Shown: positions 12,177-26,280 of the stretch, piece after piece | How positions within the stretch are numbered: the first letter of the stretch is position 1 | How the letters are laid out: every line of letters starts with the position of its first letter | Assembly: GCA_038087875.1 (NCBI GenBank) | Contig: JAXLNO010000373.1 | Coordinates: 1 to 64,000 of the forward strand | DNA length: 64,000 bases | Reading direction: 5' to 3' | From: Malacoraja senta | Taxonomy: Eukaryota | The notes under the pieces: model-generated | The model's input: only the letters and a program-made list of their open reading frames with translations | Database searches by the model: none | Told to the model about the DNA's origin: nothing | Program-made: the position numbers and the translations under genes

Positions 12177-14347
12177 CTGGAGAAAAACAACAACAGCACC
12201 AATACAGTTTAGTTTACTGCCATGTGCACCGAGGTACAGTGAAAAGCTTTTGTTGCGTGCTAACCTGTCAGCAGGAAGACAATACATGATTACAGTCGAA
12301 GGCAGACACAAAAATGCTGGAGTAACTCAGTGGGACAGGCAGCATCTCTGGAGAGAAGGAATGGGTGACGTTTCGGGTCGAGACCCCTCTTCAGACCTGA
12401 CCCGAAACGTCACCCGTTCCTTCTCTCCAGAGATGCTGCCTGTCCCGCTGAGTTACTCCAGCTTTTAGTGTCTAACAACAGTTATAGCAGTTTAGATTAT
12501 TGTCACGTGTACCGAGGTACAGTGAAAAGCTTTTTGTCGCGTGCTAACCAGCCAGCGCAAAGACAATACATGATTACAATCGAGCCATTCACAGTGTAGA
12601 GATACATGATAAGGGAATAACGTTTAATGCAAGGTGAAGCCAGCAAAGTCCGATCAAGGATAGTCGGTGGGACAACGTTAAAGTGAGAAATATTGCTATA
12701 GGAGTAGAGATTTAAGAGAAGGAATAGGCGACTTTTCGAGTCGAGACACTTCTTCAGACATCTGGCTGCGTAAAAAACACACAGGACCACACAGTGGCCG
12801 AGCATCACAGCGCCAGAGACCCAGGTTCAATCCTGACCTCGGTGCTGTCTGTGTGTGTGGAGTTTGCACGTTCTCCCTGCGACCGCGTGGCTTTCCTCCG
12901 GGTGCTCCGGTTTCCCAAGTGCGTGCGGGTTTGCAGGTTAATCGGCCCTCTGTAAATTGCCCCCTAGTGTCTACAACTGTCCGGCACGGTGGCGCAGCGG
13001 TAGAGTTGCTGCCTCACAGCGCCGGAGACCCGGGTTCGACCCCGACTACGGGTGCTGTCTGTACGGAGTTTGCATGTTCTCCCCGTGACCTGCGTAGGTT
13101 TTCTCCGAGATCTTCAGTTTCCTCCCACACTCCAAAGACGTACAAACGTCCAAAGGTTTAACGTCCAAGCCAAATAACGTCCAAAGGTTAATTGGCTTGG
13201 TGTAAATGTAAAACTGTCCCTAGTGTGTGTGTGTGTGTGTGTAGGATAGTGTTAGTGTGCGGGGATCGCTGGTCGGAGCGGACCCGGTGGGACGAAGGGG
13301 CCTGTTTCCGCGCTGTATCACTAAAAGGACAACTCTGCAAGAGCCAGGGGTGTGGTTGTGCATGTTCTGATACAAGGAAGGGAACATCTAACTCTGTTAA
13401 AGTTTCCTTGCACGCAACGCAATGGGCTGCCAATGTGGACAAATTCTCTGGCAACGGACTGGTGACAAAGCACTTCACTGGTTGCTGGCAAGCACCGACC
13501 GGCAAATCACAGTGTAACCACCACAAATCCTTCAATGCTTCTGGCAACGCACGCCGCTTCCCCTTGCCAGGGATTCCTGAGAATTAATGCGTTTGCAATT
13601 CCACAGAGGTCAGCCTCAGGGCACAGGTTGAATCAATCAGTTGAGAGATACAGCACGGAAACAGGCCCTTCGGCCCACCGGGCCCGCGCCGACCAGCGAT
13701 CACCCGCTCGTTCCATGTTATCCCGCTTTTCTCATCCACTCCCGACACAATTAACCAACAGACCCGCACGTCTTTGGGATGTGGGAGGAAACTGGAGCAC
13801 CCGGAGGAAACCCACGCAGGTCACGGGGAGAAGGTGCAAACTCCGTACAGACAGCACCCATAGTCAGGATCGAACCGGGGTCTCTGGCGTCGTGAGGCAG
13901 CGACTCTACCCGGTTGACCTGGAGGTGAAATGCTGTTTCGGAAGCAGCGGTTTCTCTCGTTGAACCTGGGATATTTCGGCAGCCCAATAAAAGCTGCCAG
14001 GACTCAATAGACAATAGAGAAGGAACAGGTGACGTTTCGGGTCAAGACCCTTCTTCAGAAATAAGGATCTCAACCTGAAACATCACCCATTCCTTCTCTC
14101 TGGTTACTTTCAAGAGAGAGCAAGATAGGGCTCTTAAAGATAGCGGAGTCAGGGGATATGGGGAGAAGGCAGGAACGGGGTACTGATTGGGGATGATCAG
14201 CCATGATCACATTGAATGGCGGTGCTGGCTCGAAGGGCCGAATGGCCACCTCCTGCACCTATTGTCTATTGTCCAGAGATGCTGCCTCTGTGTTGCTCCA
14301 ACATTGTGTGAATCTTCTTATATACACACATATATATACATATATAT

Positions 14348-14348
<1 letters not shown>

Positions 14349-14392
<44 letters not shown>

Positions 14393-14414
14393 TGAGTGTG
14401 TGTGTGGTGTGTGT

Positions 14415-14481
<67 letters not shown>

Positions 14482-14495
14482 GTGTGTGTGTGTGT

Positions 14496-14531
<36 letters not shown>

Positions 14532-14604
14532 TGTGTGTGTGTGTGTGTGTGTGGTGTGTGGCTGTGTGTGGCTGTGTGTGCGTGTGTATGTGTGTGTCGG
14601 TGTG

Positions 14605-14636
<32 letters not shown>

Positions 14637-14648
14637 TGTGTGTGCGTG

Positions 14649-14681
<33 letters not shown>
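14349..14681. repeat. Imperfect (GT)n microsatellite
   Basis: Direct observation. Confidence 0.97.
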
Positions 14682-14999
14682 ATTTTTTCACCCACACTGA
14701 ACTTTTTTCCTCATTTATTTTCTTGTTTACAGTGCACTACATTGTGAACAAGACAGCCAACCATGTCATCTCTGGGTGCCCGCTCTACCACCCACCAAAT
14801 GGAGCTGTGTCAGGGCCTGGCAGACATTGACGACAACAGAGACAACAACCTGGCTGCTCAACACCCGGCTTGAGATCTAACTATTCCTTTGGTTTTATGT
14901 TTCATTGGCAAGAAGAGTGTGCTATGTTTCCATATTCAGCCGTGCTGCTGCAAGTAAGAATGTCATTGTTCTGTCTGGGACACATGACAATAAAACAGT

Positions 15000-15028
15000 C
15001 TGAAGAAGGGTTTCGGCCCGAAACGTTA
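15000..15028 (+). ncRNA. Minimal hammerhead-like motif, UUCG-loop subfamily
   Basis: CTGAAGA-A-GGGT-TTCG-GCCC-GAAA-CGTTA. Confidence 0.55.
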
Positions 15029-15673
15029 CCTATTTCCTTCGCTCCATAGATGCTGCCGCACCCGCTGAGTTTCTCCAGCATTTTTGTGTACTGACAACAA
15101 AACTCTCTTGCCTCCTTGACACATCGACAATAAAACACCTCTCGACTAAATCGCAATGTTAAGTTCTATTCTCCACTGAATGGTCGTCAACGGTGGAGCC
15201 AGCTTTCCGTGGTTTCACCTGTTAACCCAGAACCTCGCCAAAAAAAATCCATAGAGGAAATTGTAAAAAGTTGTCCACGTGTCCAAGGTAGAGGATCCAC
15301 ATTAGAGGCGATGAAATCTGGGAGCCATCCAGTCACGTCATAGCTGCCAAGTACATGCGATGTTACAGGCTGCGAACATTACTTACATCCACTCAACAGC
15401 TACATCGACTCCTTGGCCCTTCCTTCATGCTGCAGTCAGTACACATTGTCAAATGCCTGCGTGACTAACCACTCTCTTCAGCTTTCTGAAGTCGGATTAA
15501 AGTAACAAAAATGAGCGGCTTATGTAAAGCCTGGCGGATATTTCCTCGCTGTTTTTTGTTGCTGCAGTGTGGCGCTCTCTTGTAGATTGAGGTGTATAAG
15601 TTCATGAGAGGAATAGATCAGGTAGATAGTGCTTCAGGACAGCTCACGCAGTTTCTGTGCTGGATGACTCTAT

Positions 15674-16063
15674 AGGGCCTGGTCCACTTTCACGACCTAA
15701 TTCACGACCTCTGCCGAGTTTGCCCTTGACTCATACTCGCAGCATGGTCGTCACGAGGTCGTAGGTAGGTCGTAGGTAGGTCGTGATGCTAGTCGTAGGT
15801 ACTCGTGGCATCAAGTAGGTCGGGGCATTTTTTGTAGCCCGATGAAAAATGTCCACGAGTCCTATCTTAAAGATAGCGGAGTCAGGGGATATGGGAAGAA
15901 GGCAGGAACGGGGTACTGATTGGGGATGATCAGCCATGATCACATTGAATGGCGGTGCTGGCTCGAAGGGCCGAATGGCCTACTCCTGCACCTTTTGTCT
16001 ATTGTCTATTTCCTATTGAGTAAAAAAGGTCGTGAATTAGGTTGTGAAAGTGGGACAGGCTGC
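15674..16063. mobile_element. Harbinger-like MITE with a nested CR1 tail (~15861-16016)
   Basis: agggcctggtccactttcacgacctaattcacgacct ... aggtcgtgaattaggttgtgaaagtgggacaggc. Confidence 0.72.
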
Positions 16064-17369
16064 CTGTCCCACTGAGACACTCCGGCATCTTGTGTCTATC
16101 TTCGGTGTAAACCAGCATCTAGCAGTTCCTTCCTACACATCAAGATTTTCAAGTCCAAGATAGACACAAAATGCTGGAGTAACTCAGCGGGACAGGCAGC
16201 GTCTCTGCAGAGAAGGAATGGGTGGGTGATGTTTCGGATCGAGACCCTTCTTCAGAATGAATCGGGGAGAGGGAGATACAGAGATAAGGAAGCGTAAGGT
16301 GTGAAAAGACAAAGGGGATGGAGATCAAGGAACATGTAGAAAGATCATAGGTACACAAAAATGCTGGAGAAAGTCAGCGGGTGCAGCAGCATCTATGGAG
16401 CGAAGGAAACAGGCAACGTTTCGGGCCGAAACCCTTCGTTTCGGCCCTTCGAAGGAAACCCTTCGAAGGAAACAGGCAACGTTTCGGGCCGAAACAAGAA
16501 AGATCATTGTTGGTTAATAGAAAGTAACAACAAAACAAACAGGTTCAAATTGGTCACTTGGGACAAAAGTATTTTTGTCCAATTGGGAAGGTAATTATTT
16601 GTAGTCGTAGTCAGACAGGCTTTTAGCCCAACTTGCCCATGCATCCCTTCTCTCCAGAGATGCCGCCTGTCCGCTGAATTACTCCAGCTTTTGGTCTCTA
16701 TCTTTGGTATAAAGCAGCATCTGCAGTTCCTTCCTGCACATTAAACTCAATGACTTTATGATTCATTCCTTGGCTTCACAGCGGGGCCAACTTGCAGACA
16801 ATGTTTGCGAACCTTCCCCCTGCGTGTGTGAAATATTTATGGCACTGATCAGTGTGGCATGTTGAAGTGGTTAGCTCTCTGGCGACGGATCCCGCAAGTG
16901 AGTTCCAAAGACTTGCAGGATCGGGCGGTGCCTTCATGGTCTCCCATGTCGACAGGAATAAGTAACGAGCCAAGACTTTCCCAGAATCTCGGCTTCACAG
17001 ATGTAGTGAGTGGTACAAATAAACCTCTCCGCCTTCATCTGAGATTTTGTCGTTTTGGAGAACAAGCCCCCTTCGGCCCACCGAGTCCGCGCCGACCAGC
17101 GATCCCCGCACACTACACCCACCGGGTACAATTTTTGCATTTTATACCAAGCAATTAACCTGTGCACACGAACTCCGTGCAGACAAGCAAGCACCCGTAG
17201 TCAGGATCGAACCCGGGTCTCTGGCACCATGAGCGCTGCAAGGCAGCAACTCTACCCGTTCAAACTCGTTCCATGTTATCCCACTCGCTCAACCACTCCC
17301 TGCACACTCGTGGCAATGTACAGAGGGGCTGATTAACCCACAAACCCACGCAGTCACATCTTTGGGATA

Positions 17370-17868
17370 ACAATAGACAATAGGTACAGGAGTCGGCCAT
17401 TCGGCCCTTCGAGCCAGCACCCCCATTCAATATGATCATCCCCAATCAGTACCCCGTTCCTGCCTTCTCCCCATATCCCCTGACTCCGCTATTTTTAAGA
17501 GCCCTATCTAGCTCTCTCTTGAAAGTATCCAGAGAACCGGCCTCCACCGCCCTCTGAGGCAGAGAATTCCACAGACTCACCACTCTCTGTGAGAAAAAGT
17601 GTTTCCTCGTCTCCGTTCTAAATGGCTTACTCCTTATTCTTAAACTGTGGCCCCTGGTTCTGGACTCCCCCAACATCGGGAACATGTTTCCTGCCTCTAG
17701 TGTGTCCAAGCCCTTAACAATCTTATATGTTTCAATGAGATATCCTCTCATCCTTCTAAACTCCAGAGTATACAAGCCCAGCCGCTCCATTCTCTCAGCA
17801 TAGGACAGTCCCACCATCCCGGGAATTAACCTTGTAAACCTACGCTGCACACCCTCAATAGCAAGAAT
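17370..17868 (-). mobile_element. CR1 3' fragment
   Basis: ORF 17446..17850, QRRFTRLIPG...GYGEKAGTGY. Confidence 0.85.
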
Positions 17869-17929
17869 GTGGGAGGAAACCGGAGCACCCGGAGGAAACC
17901 CACGTGGTCACAGGGAGAAGGTACCAACT

Positions 17930-18468
<539 letters not shown>

Positions 18469-19353
18469 GCACCCGAGGTCAGGATCGAACCGGGGTCTCT
18501 GGCGCAGTGAGGCAGCCTCTCCACCAGTGCTGCAGTGATAACATTGCTATTATCCGTTTTTATCTTAGACAGTGAAAGTTTAATGAGAGGTTTGCTCCGA
18601 TACACGACTGACGTCAACTATCAACACAGAGATGGAAATAGAAAACATGAACAGAGGGGCATCTCAGCAAACACGTCCCCCACAGAGAACTCATTCCTCT
18701 CTAATCTGACCCGTGTCAGCACCTATCTCCTGCACCAAACGCCTTCCAGAATCCTGCCACACACCAAAGGCATTCCATGTCCCAGTGACGCCACAGAAGG
18801 CAGTGGAGGCCGATTCACTGGATGTTTTCAAGAGAGAGTTAGATACAGTTCTTAGAGCTAAAGGAATCAAGGGATAAGAGGAGAAAGCAGGAACGGGTAC
18901 TGATTCTGGATGATCAGCCATGGTCATATTGAATGGCGGTGCTGGCTCGAAGGGCCAAACAGCCTACTCCTGCACCTATTCAACCGAAGGTAGACATAAA
19001 ATGTTGGAGTAACTCAGCGGGACAGGCAGCATCTCCGGAGAGAAGGAATGGGTGACGTTTCGGGTCGAGCCGAAGGGCTTGAAGAAGGGTCTCGACCCAA
19101 AACGTCACGCATTCCTTCTCTCCAGAGATGCTGCCTGTCCCGCTGAGTTACTCCAGCATTTTGTGTCTGTCTTGAGATATTATCCCTATTTACTGAGATG
19201 CTGCCTGACCCGTTGAGTTCCTCCGGCACTTTGCTCAACATTCTGGCATCTGTGGTAGATAAAAATCCTGGAGAAACTCAGCGGGTGAGGCAGCATCTAT
19301 GGAGCGAAGGAAATATGAAGAAGAGGTCTCGATCCGATCTCTGAGGAATAGGT

Positions 19354-19381
19354 GACGTTTCGGGTCGAGACCCTTCTTCAG
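19354..19381 (-). ncRNA. Minimal hammerhead-like motif, consensus copy, sense to EPHB3 pre-mRNA
   Basis: Minus strand reads CTGAAGAAGGGTCTCGACCCGAAACGTC. Confidence 0.6.
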
Positions 19382-19844
19382 TCTAGCATCTGTGGTTGCT
19401 TGTGTCTCGTTTTGCGGACTGAGAATTTACACACCTTTGTACATCGCACCAAGATTTCCTTTTTGAACCCAAAGCTGTTTGCGTAAAAGTTAATTTCTTT
19501 TAAACAGCCTTGTGTAGGTTATCTCATCAAGCCCGACACTTCACCCAGCTTGCTTCTGTGAAACGGTCCATACATCTGTGACGTGTTCTGCCAAGAAGGT
19601 ATCGTACGATATCATATCAGCATTTACAGTCCAACTGGGGTACAAAATCGTGCCAGGAATTGATCAGGTAAAAGAGTCTTTTACCCAGAGTAGCGGAATC
19701 AGAACCAGGGGAGTTTTAAAGAGAGAGGAACAAGAATGAATAGGAACCTGAGGGGCATCTTTTTACACACAGAGGGTGCTGGGTGTATGGAACGAGCTGC
19801 CAGAGGAAGTAGTTGGGGCAGGTACTATAACAGCATTTAAAAGT

Positions 19845-20523
19845 CAATAGACAATAAACAGGAGTAGGCCATTTGGCCCTTCGAGCCAGCACCGCCATTC
19901 AATGGCTGAACATCCCCAATCAGTACCCCGTTCCTGCCTTCTCCCCATATCCCCTGACTCCGCTATCTTTAAGAGCCCTATCTAGCTCTCTCTTGAAAGT
20001 ATCCAGAGAACCGGCCTCCACCGCCCTCTGAGGCAGAGAATTCCACAGACTCACCACTCTCTGTGTGAAAATGTGTTTCCTCGTCTCCGTTCTAAATGGC
20101 TTACCACTTATTCTCAAACTGTGGCCCCTGGTTCTGGACTCCCCCCAACATCGGGAACACGTTTCCTGCCTCTAGCGTGTCCAAACCCTTAATAATCTTG
20201 TATGTTTCAATAAGAAACGTATATGATAAGAGTATACAAGCCCAGCCGCTCCATTCTCTCAGCATATGACAGCCCTGCCATCCGGGAAATAACTTTGTGA
20301 ACCTACGCTCCCTCAATAGCAAGAATGTCCTTCCTCAAATTTGGAGACCAAATCTGCACACAATACTCCAGGTGTGATCTCACTAGGGCCCTGTACAACT
20401 GCAGAAGGACCTCTTTGCTCCTATACTCAACTCCTCTTGTTATGAAGGCCAACATGCCATTCGCTTTCTTCACTGCCTGCTGTACCTGCATGCTTACTTT
20501 CATTGACTGATGAACAAGGACAT
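19845..20523 (-). mobile_element. CR1 3' fragment (degenerate)
   Basis: QVQQAVKKANGMLAFITRGVEYRSKEVLLQLYRALVRSHLEYCVQ. Confidence 0.85.
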
Positions 20524-20821
20524 TTGGACAGGAACATGGATAGGACAGGTTTAGAAGGATATGGGCCAAACGCAGGCAGGTGGGTCTCGTGTAGATTGGG
20601 CATGTTGGTCGGCGTGGGCAAGTTGGGCTGAAGGGCCTGTTTTCGTGCTGTCTCACACTTTAACTGTAATTCTTGAATGATTACACCAAGCCGGTCTGAA
20701 GAAGGGTTTCGGCCTGAAACGTTGCCTATTTCCTTCGCTCCATGGATGCTGCTGCACCCGCTGAGTTTCTCCAGCAGTTTTGTCTACTTTCTGCACTTAA
20801 ATGCATTTACAAATCTTTAAA

Positions 20822-21720
20822 TCATGGTACTAACACCATCATCAAGTATGCAGATGATACAACGGTGATTGGCCTCATCAGCAACAACGATGAGTCGGCC
20901 TATAGGGAGGAGGTCCAGCTCCTAGCAGCATGGTGCGCTGACAACAACCTGGCCCTTAACTCCAAGAAGACCAAGGAGCTCATTGTAGACTTCAGGAAGT
21001 CTAGGGGCGGCACGCACACCCCCATCCATATTAACGGGAGGGAGGTGGAACGTGTTTCCAGCTTCAGGTTCCTGGGGGTCAACATCTCCGATGACCTCTC
21101 TTGGACCAACAATACCTCAACTCTGGTCAAGAAGGCTCACCAGCGTCTCTTCTTCCTGAGGAGACTAAAGAAGGTCCATCTGTCTCCTCGGATTCTGGTG
21201 AACTTCTACCGCTGCACCATCGAGAGCATCCTTACCAACTGCATCACAGTATGGTATGGCAACTGCTCTGTCTCCGACCGGAAAGCACTGCAGGAGGGTG
21301 GTGAAAATTGCCCAACGCATCACCGGTTCCTCACTCCCCACCATTGAGTCTGTCCAAAGCAAGCGTTGTCTGCGAAGGGCGCTCAGCATCGCCAAGGACT
21401 GCTCTCACCCCAACCACAGACTGTTTACCCTCCTACCATCCGGGAGGCGCTACAGGTCTCTCCGTTGCCGGACCAGCAGGTCCAGGAACAGCTTCTTCCC
21501 TGCGGCGGTTACACTACTCAACACTGTACCTCGGTGACTGCCAATCACACCCCCCCCCCCCCCCCCGGACACTCCTCCCACCAGGATTTATTAGATTTAT
21601 TTATTTACTGCTCATATTTATGTCGCTCTTTTAGGGAGATGCTAACTGCATTTCATTGTCTCTGTACTGTACACTGCACAATGACAATAAAGTTGAATCT
21701 GAATCTGAATCTGAATCTGA
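20822..21720 (+). mobile_element. Rex1/Babar-type non-LTR retrotransposon 3' fragment
   Basis: IIKYADDTTVIGLISNNDESAYREEV...NSKKTKELIVDFRK...KKAHQRLFFLRRL...FYRCTIESILT. Frameshift near 21293, C-terminus LLPSGRRYRS...SFFP, tail aataaag(aatctg)n. Confidence 0.88.
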
Positions 21721-23150
21721 AAAAATGTACACACGCCTTCAGACTTTCAAAGCAATATCTATTTTTTCCCTCTGCATAAAGGATATTTTGCTTAGTTTAG
21801 TTCGGAGATACAGTGCAGAAACAGGCCCTTCGGCCCTTCGAGTCCGTGCTGACCAACAATCCATGTGCACTAGCACTATCCAACACACACGAGGGACAAT
21901 TTACAATTATACCAAGCCAATTAACCTACAAACCTGCACGTCTTTGGAGTGTGGGAGGAAACTGAAGCACCTGGTGAAAACCCACGCAGGTCACGGGAAG
22001 AACGTACAAACTCCATACAGACAGCACCCGTGGTCAGGATCGAACCCGGGTCTCCGCCGCTGTGAGGCAGCAACTCTACCGCTGCACCAGCCAATACTAA
22101 GTCTCTCGCCATTGTGTTTGATGCAATGATGTTTCTGGACATAACCTGCCCAGTCCTCGGTTTAATAAGGATATTTATTTGTTTTAATAATTTACAGACG
22201 TTTCTGAAATATGCCCAACAGCATAGCTTCCGCATACTAGCGTGCAATAAAAATATCTCTGCAGTTCCTATGGTATTTTTCATACAAATAAAAGTAATGA
22301 AATGATTTAATGAATATATGTACGGCATGCTGCGAATACATGGCCTGAGGCAGTGCATCTTGTTGTAATGAACGAGCTGCCTACGTCTGTAGGTTGAATT
22401 AACAAAAACCAGAGGGACTGCAGAAGTTGTCAGCGCCTTTAAATCAGCAGGAAATTAATTCATCGGCAAAACTTAAATTAAAACAAAAGCTGAAATTAAT
22501 TGCAAACGTTTGAATTAAACCATGGGTTTGATGAGATGGGTTCTCACCAAGTGTGTAGAGTTTGTGGCGTATCATCGTGTACGTGAGATCACGGCTCCAG
22601 CCCCAGTTTTATACTCACACAAAGCTAGCCTGTGCCTTAAATGCTAATTGCAATATTCTCCACAAAAATTGCAAATTACCTGTTCCTTTCACCGAAATGC
22701 TGGAGAAACCCAGCGGGTGAGGCAGCAATAACGGAGCGAAGAGACCGAGGAAGGGTCTCGACCCGAAACGTCACCTATTCCTTCGCTCCATAGATGCTGC
22801 CTCGCCCGCTGAGTTTCTCCAGCATTTTTGTCTACCTTCGATTTTTCCAGCATCTGCAGTTCTTTCTTAAAACAGTACTTTTGAACATTTCGCTACTGTC
22901 AAACCATAGGATTATTTCTGCACGGTGACGCAGCGGTAGAGTTGCTGCCTCACAGCGCCAGAGACCCAGGATCCATCCTGACTACGGGTGCTGTCTGTAC
23001 GGAGTTTGTACGTTCTCCCCGTGACCTGCGTGGGTTTTCTTCTAGAGCTCCAGTTTCCTCCCACACTCCAAAGACGTACAGGTTTGTAGGTCAATTGGCT
23101 TGGTGTACATGTACATGTAAATTGTCCCTAGTGTGTGTAGGATAGTGTTA

Positions 23151-23550
23151 ATGGCCTGTGCTACTTACGCAACCTTTACAGGCGACTGCCGGCATCCGAG
23201 ATAGGTCGCCGAAATTTTCAACATGTTGAAAATTCAGCGGCGACCAGAAAGACTCTACGACTCTTTGGAGACCTCTCACGACCATAGGAGACCTCTCGCG
23301 ACCATACAGGCGACCCCTGGCGAACTGTCGCGGGTGACCTCTCACAACCACACAATTGGTCGTGAGAGGTCTCCTATGGTTGTGAGAGGTCTCCTATGGT
23401 TGTGAGAGGTCTCCTATGGTTGTGAGAGGTCTCCAACGAGTCATAGCGTCTTTCTGGTTGCCGCCGAATTTTCAACATGTTAAAAATTTCGGCGACCTAT
23501 CACGGGTGCCGGCAGTCGCCTGTAAAGGTCGCGTAAGTGGGACAGGCCAT
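23151..23550. mobile_element. Palindromic Harbinger-like MITE inside a SINE
   Basis: Long imperfect inverted arms, flanks tta/taa, internal 20-bp tandem ggttgtgagaggtctcctat. Confidence 0.8.
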
Positions 23551-25800
23551 TAACTGTGCCGGGATCGCTGGTCGGCACGGACTCAGCGGGCCAAAGAAGG
23601 GGCCAGTTTCTGCGCTGTATCTTTTAATAAGATAAGATAAGATAAGATATTAATTTATTGTCATTCAGAATGAAATAATCATCAAGGAATGGAGTCCTGC
23701 CAGCAGGGCAAACAGGCCCTTCAGCCCAGCTTGCCCATGCCGACCAAGATAGCCCATCCAAGATCGCCCTTCCAATCAATTCAATCCCAGCTCTGAAATA
23801 TCCCTGCTTTCTGAAACACAAGATCTAAAGCACTGGTGGAGGAAAGGTTAAAATGTGATTACTGGTTGGGTTGTGTGGAGGAGGGTTCTTGTTCTGCTCT
23901 GGGACCCGTGCCTCCACTAAAGAGCGCTGAGATTAAGGATGGAACAATGTCATGAGAAGACACAAAAAAGGGATCATGTTGATGTTACAACTATTTTTTT
24001 TTGAAGAATCTATTTAGTTTCTGGACCGTGTCCCAGTTTTAATTCGCTTTTATTTGAAAAAGGATGATGGTAAGTTTCTTCTGTTTTGAACAAGACGTGT
24101 TTTTTAAGCGCAGAATGAAGGGGGTCCTGGCCCCACTCCGCCCAGCTGGAATTCTTTGACCAGCTCCTTTCATTCATTCGGTAAACGTGCCCAAGGCTTT
24201 GTGGGCATTACTCTGCTATCCCACCTACCCGCCCCCCTACGCGCTGAGGGAACATTCTACCAATGAACCTACAAACCCGCGCGTCTTTGGAGCGCGGGAG
24301 GAAACCGGAGCACCCGGAGGAAAACCCACGCAGGCCACAGAGAGAAGGTACAAACTCCACACATAAACAATTCCACGTCTGTGGAATTCTCTGCCTCAGA
24401 GGGCAGTGGAGACCGGGTTCTCTGGATACTTTCAAGAGAGAGCTAGATAGGGCTCTTAAAGATAGCGGAGTCAGGGGATATGGGGAGAAGGCAGGAACGG
24501 GGGGTACTGATTGGGGATGATCAGCCATGATCACATTGATTGGCAGTGCTGGCTCGAAGGGCCAAATGGCCTACTGCTGCACCTCTTGTCTATTGTCTAT
24601 TGTCTAACAGCACCCATGGTCAGGATGGAACCTGGGTCTCTGGTGCTGGCTGTTCTACCAGCTGCAGACAAGACAAGAGACGTTTATTTGTCACATGTAC
24701 CAATTGGTACAATGAAATGTGTGGTCACCGTACAGCCGTACGAACAATAAAGAGCACAGAACACGATAGTCCTTAACATAGACATCCCCACACAGCGGGA
24801 TCAAACTGTGAGGGAAGGCACCAAAGTTCAGTCATCCTCCTCTGTTGTCCTCTGTTGTCCACCCGTGGTCGGGAGGGGGGCCACGGGTGAACTCCCCCCA
24901 CCTATTTATAGTTACATATTATGTAGCTTTATGTTAAACTAGCTGATGCATGTTCATCTTCAGAGTACTTGGTACAGCCCTCCACATTTGCAATGGACAC
25001 AATGGCATTTTATTTGCCTATAACTCTCAAATTTCCATGAAATCATCATCTGAAAATGGGCACTAGTTTAAAGGGGCCCTTCGGCAGGTGTTTAACCTGA
25101 TAAGCACTACTGCAAGTTGATGATTAGCTAATCGCTGTGCTTTATGTACGTTAAGTTAGTAAATTGCAAGCAGTACAGCAGCTTTGTACTAGTCAGAATG
25201 CATTGTAAAGAGCCTCATTTATTTAGTGCTTAAATGCAATTAAACGGTTAAATGCTTACACAAAAACTATTAGTGGTTGCCAAATAGGAGATGCATTAAG
25301 GTCGGCATGGTGGAGCCGTTACCTCACAGCGCCAGAGTTCTGGGTTCAAACCTGTCTGGGTTCAAACCAAGTGCTGTCTGTGTGCAGTTTGCACGTGTGT
25401 GCCCGGATTCCTCCCACACCCCAAAGACGTGCGGGATCGTAGGTTAATCGGCCCCCTAGTGTGTAGGGAGTGGATGAGAAAGTGGGATAACATAGAACTC
25501 GTGTGTACGGGTGATCGATGGTTGGCGTGGACTCGGTGGGCCGAAGGGCCTGTTTCAATGCTGTATCTCTAAACTAACCTATAAATGTATGTGAGATTGT
25601 CTGTAAGTTACATTAAAAATGTCTTGCATTAGAGATTGAATTGTTGATCCTTGTCTTACCTTCAGGGGGAATCTCAATGCCTTATTGATTATCTGTATAT
25701 TATATTGGTTGATTATGCCGAAAGTTTCCAATCTTTCCTTCAACTTGCTATTCATATGTAATCCCATTTTTTCTCTGCATCAATTCCTAGGTTGGAAACC

Positions 25801-26280
25801 AGTCTACAGAAGGGTCTCGACTCTCGACCCGAAAAGTCACCTATTCCTTTTTCTTCAGAGATGCTGCCTGACCCGCTGAGTTACTCCAGCACTCTGAGAA
25901 ACGTCACCTATCCTTGTTCTCCACAGATGCTGCCTGACCCGCTGAGTTACTCCAGCACAGTGTACTTCTGTGCTTTGTAAGCTATACGGAACCACACTAT
26001 AAATGATAAGGTAGACCAAAATGCTGGAGAAACTCAGCGGGTGCGGCAGCATCTATGGAGCGAAGGAAATAGGCAACGTTTCGGCCCGAAACCCTTCCGG
26101 GTTTCGGCCCGAAACGTTGCCTATTTCCTTCAGGGTTTCGGCCCGAAAAGGTTGCCCATTTCCTTCGCTCCACAGATGCTGCCTGACCCGCTGAGTTACT
26201 CCAGCACTCTGTGAAACGTCACCTATCCATGTTCTCCACAGATGCTGCCTGACCCGCTGAGTTACTCCAGCACTCTGTCG
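25801..26280 (+). repeat. Composite pLTR-derived module, copy B
   Basis: Core cacagtgtacttctgtgctttgtaagctatacggaaccacactataaatgataag at 25956-26010 between 66-bp units. Confidence 0.85.

Noticed and set aside
11934..12311. 125-aa minus-strand ORF over the Cys-rich exon
   Set aside because: Wrong frame. The splice-defined frame gives the Eph peptide.
20742..21537. Functional reverse transcriptase gene
   Set aside because: 5'-truncated and frameshifted Rex1 relic. Its N-terminus comes from an adjacent pLTR fragment.
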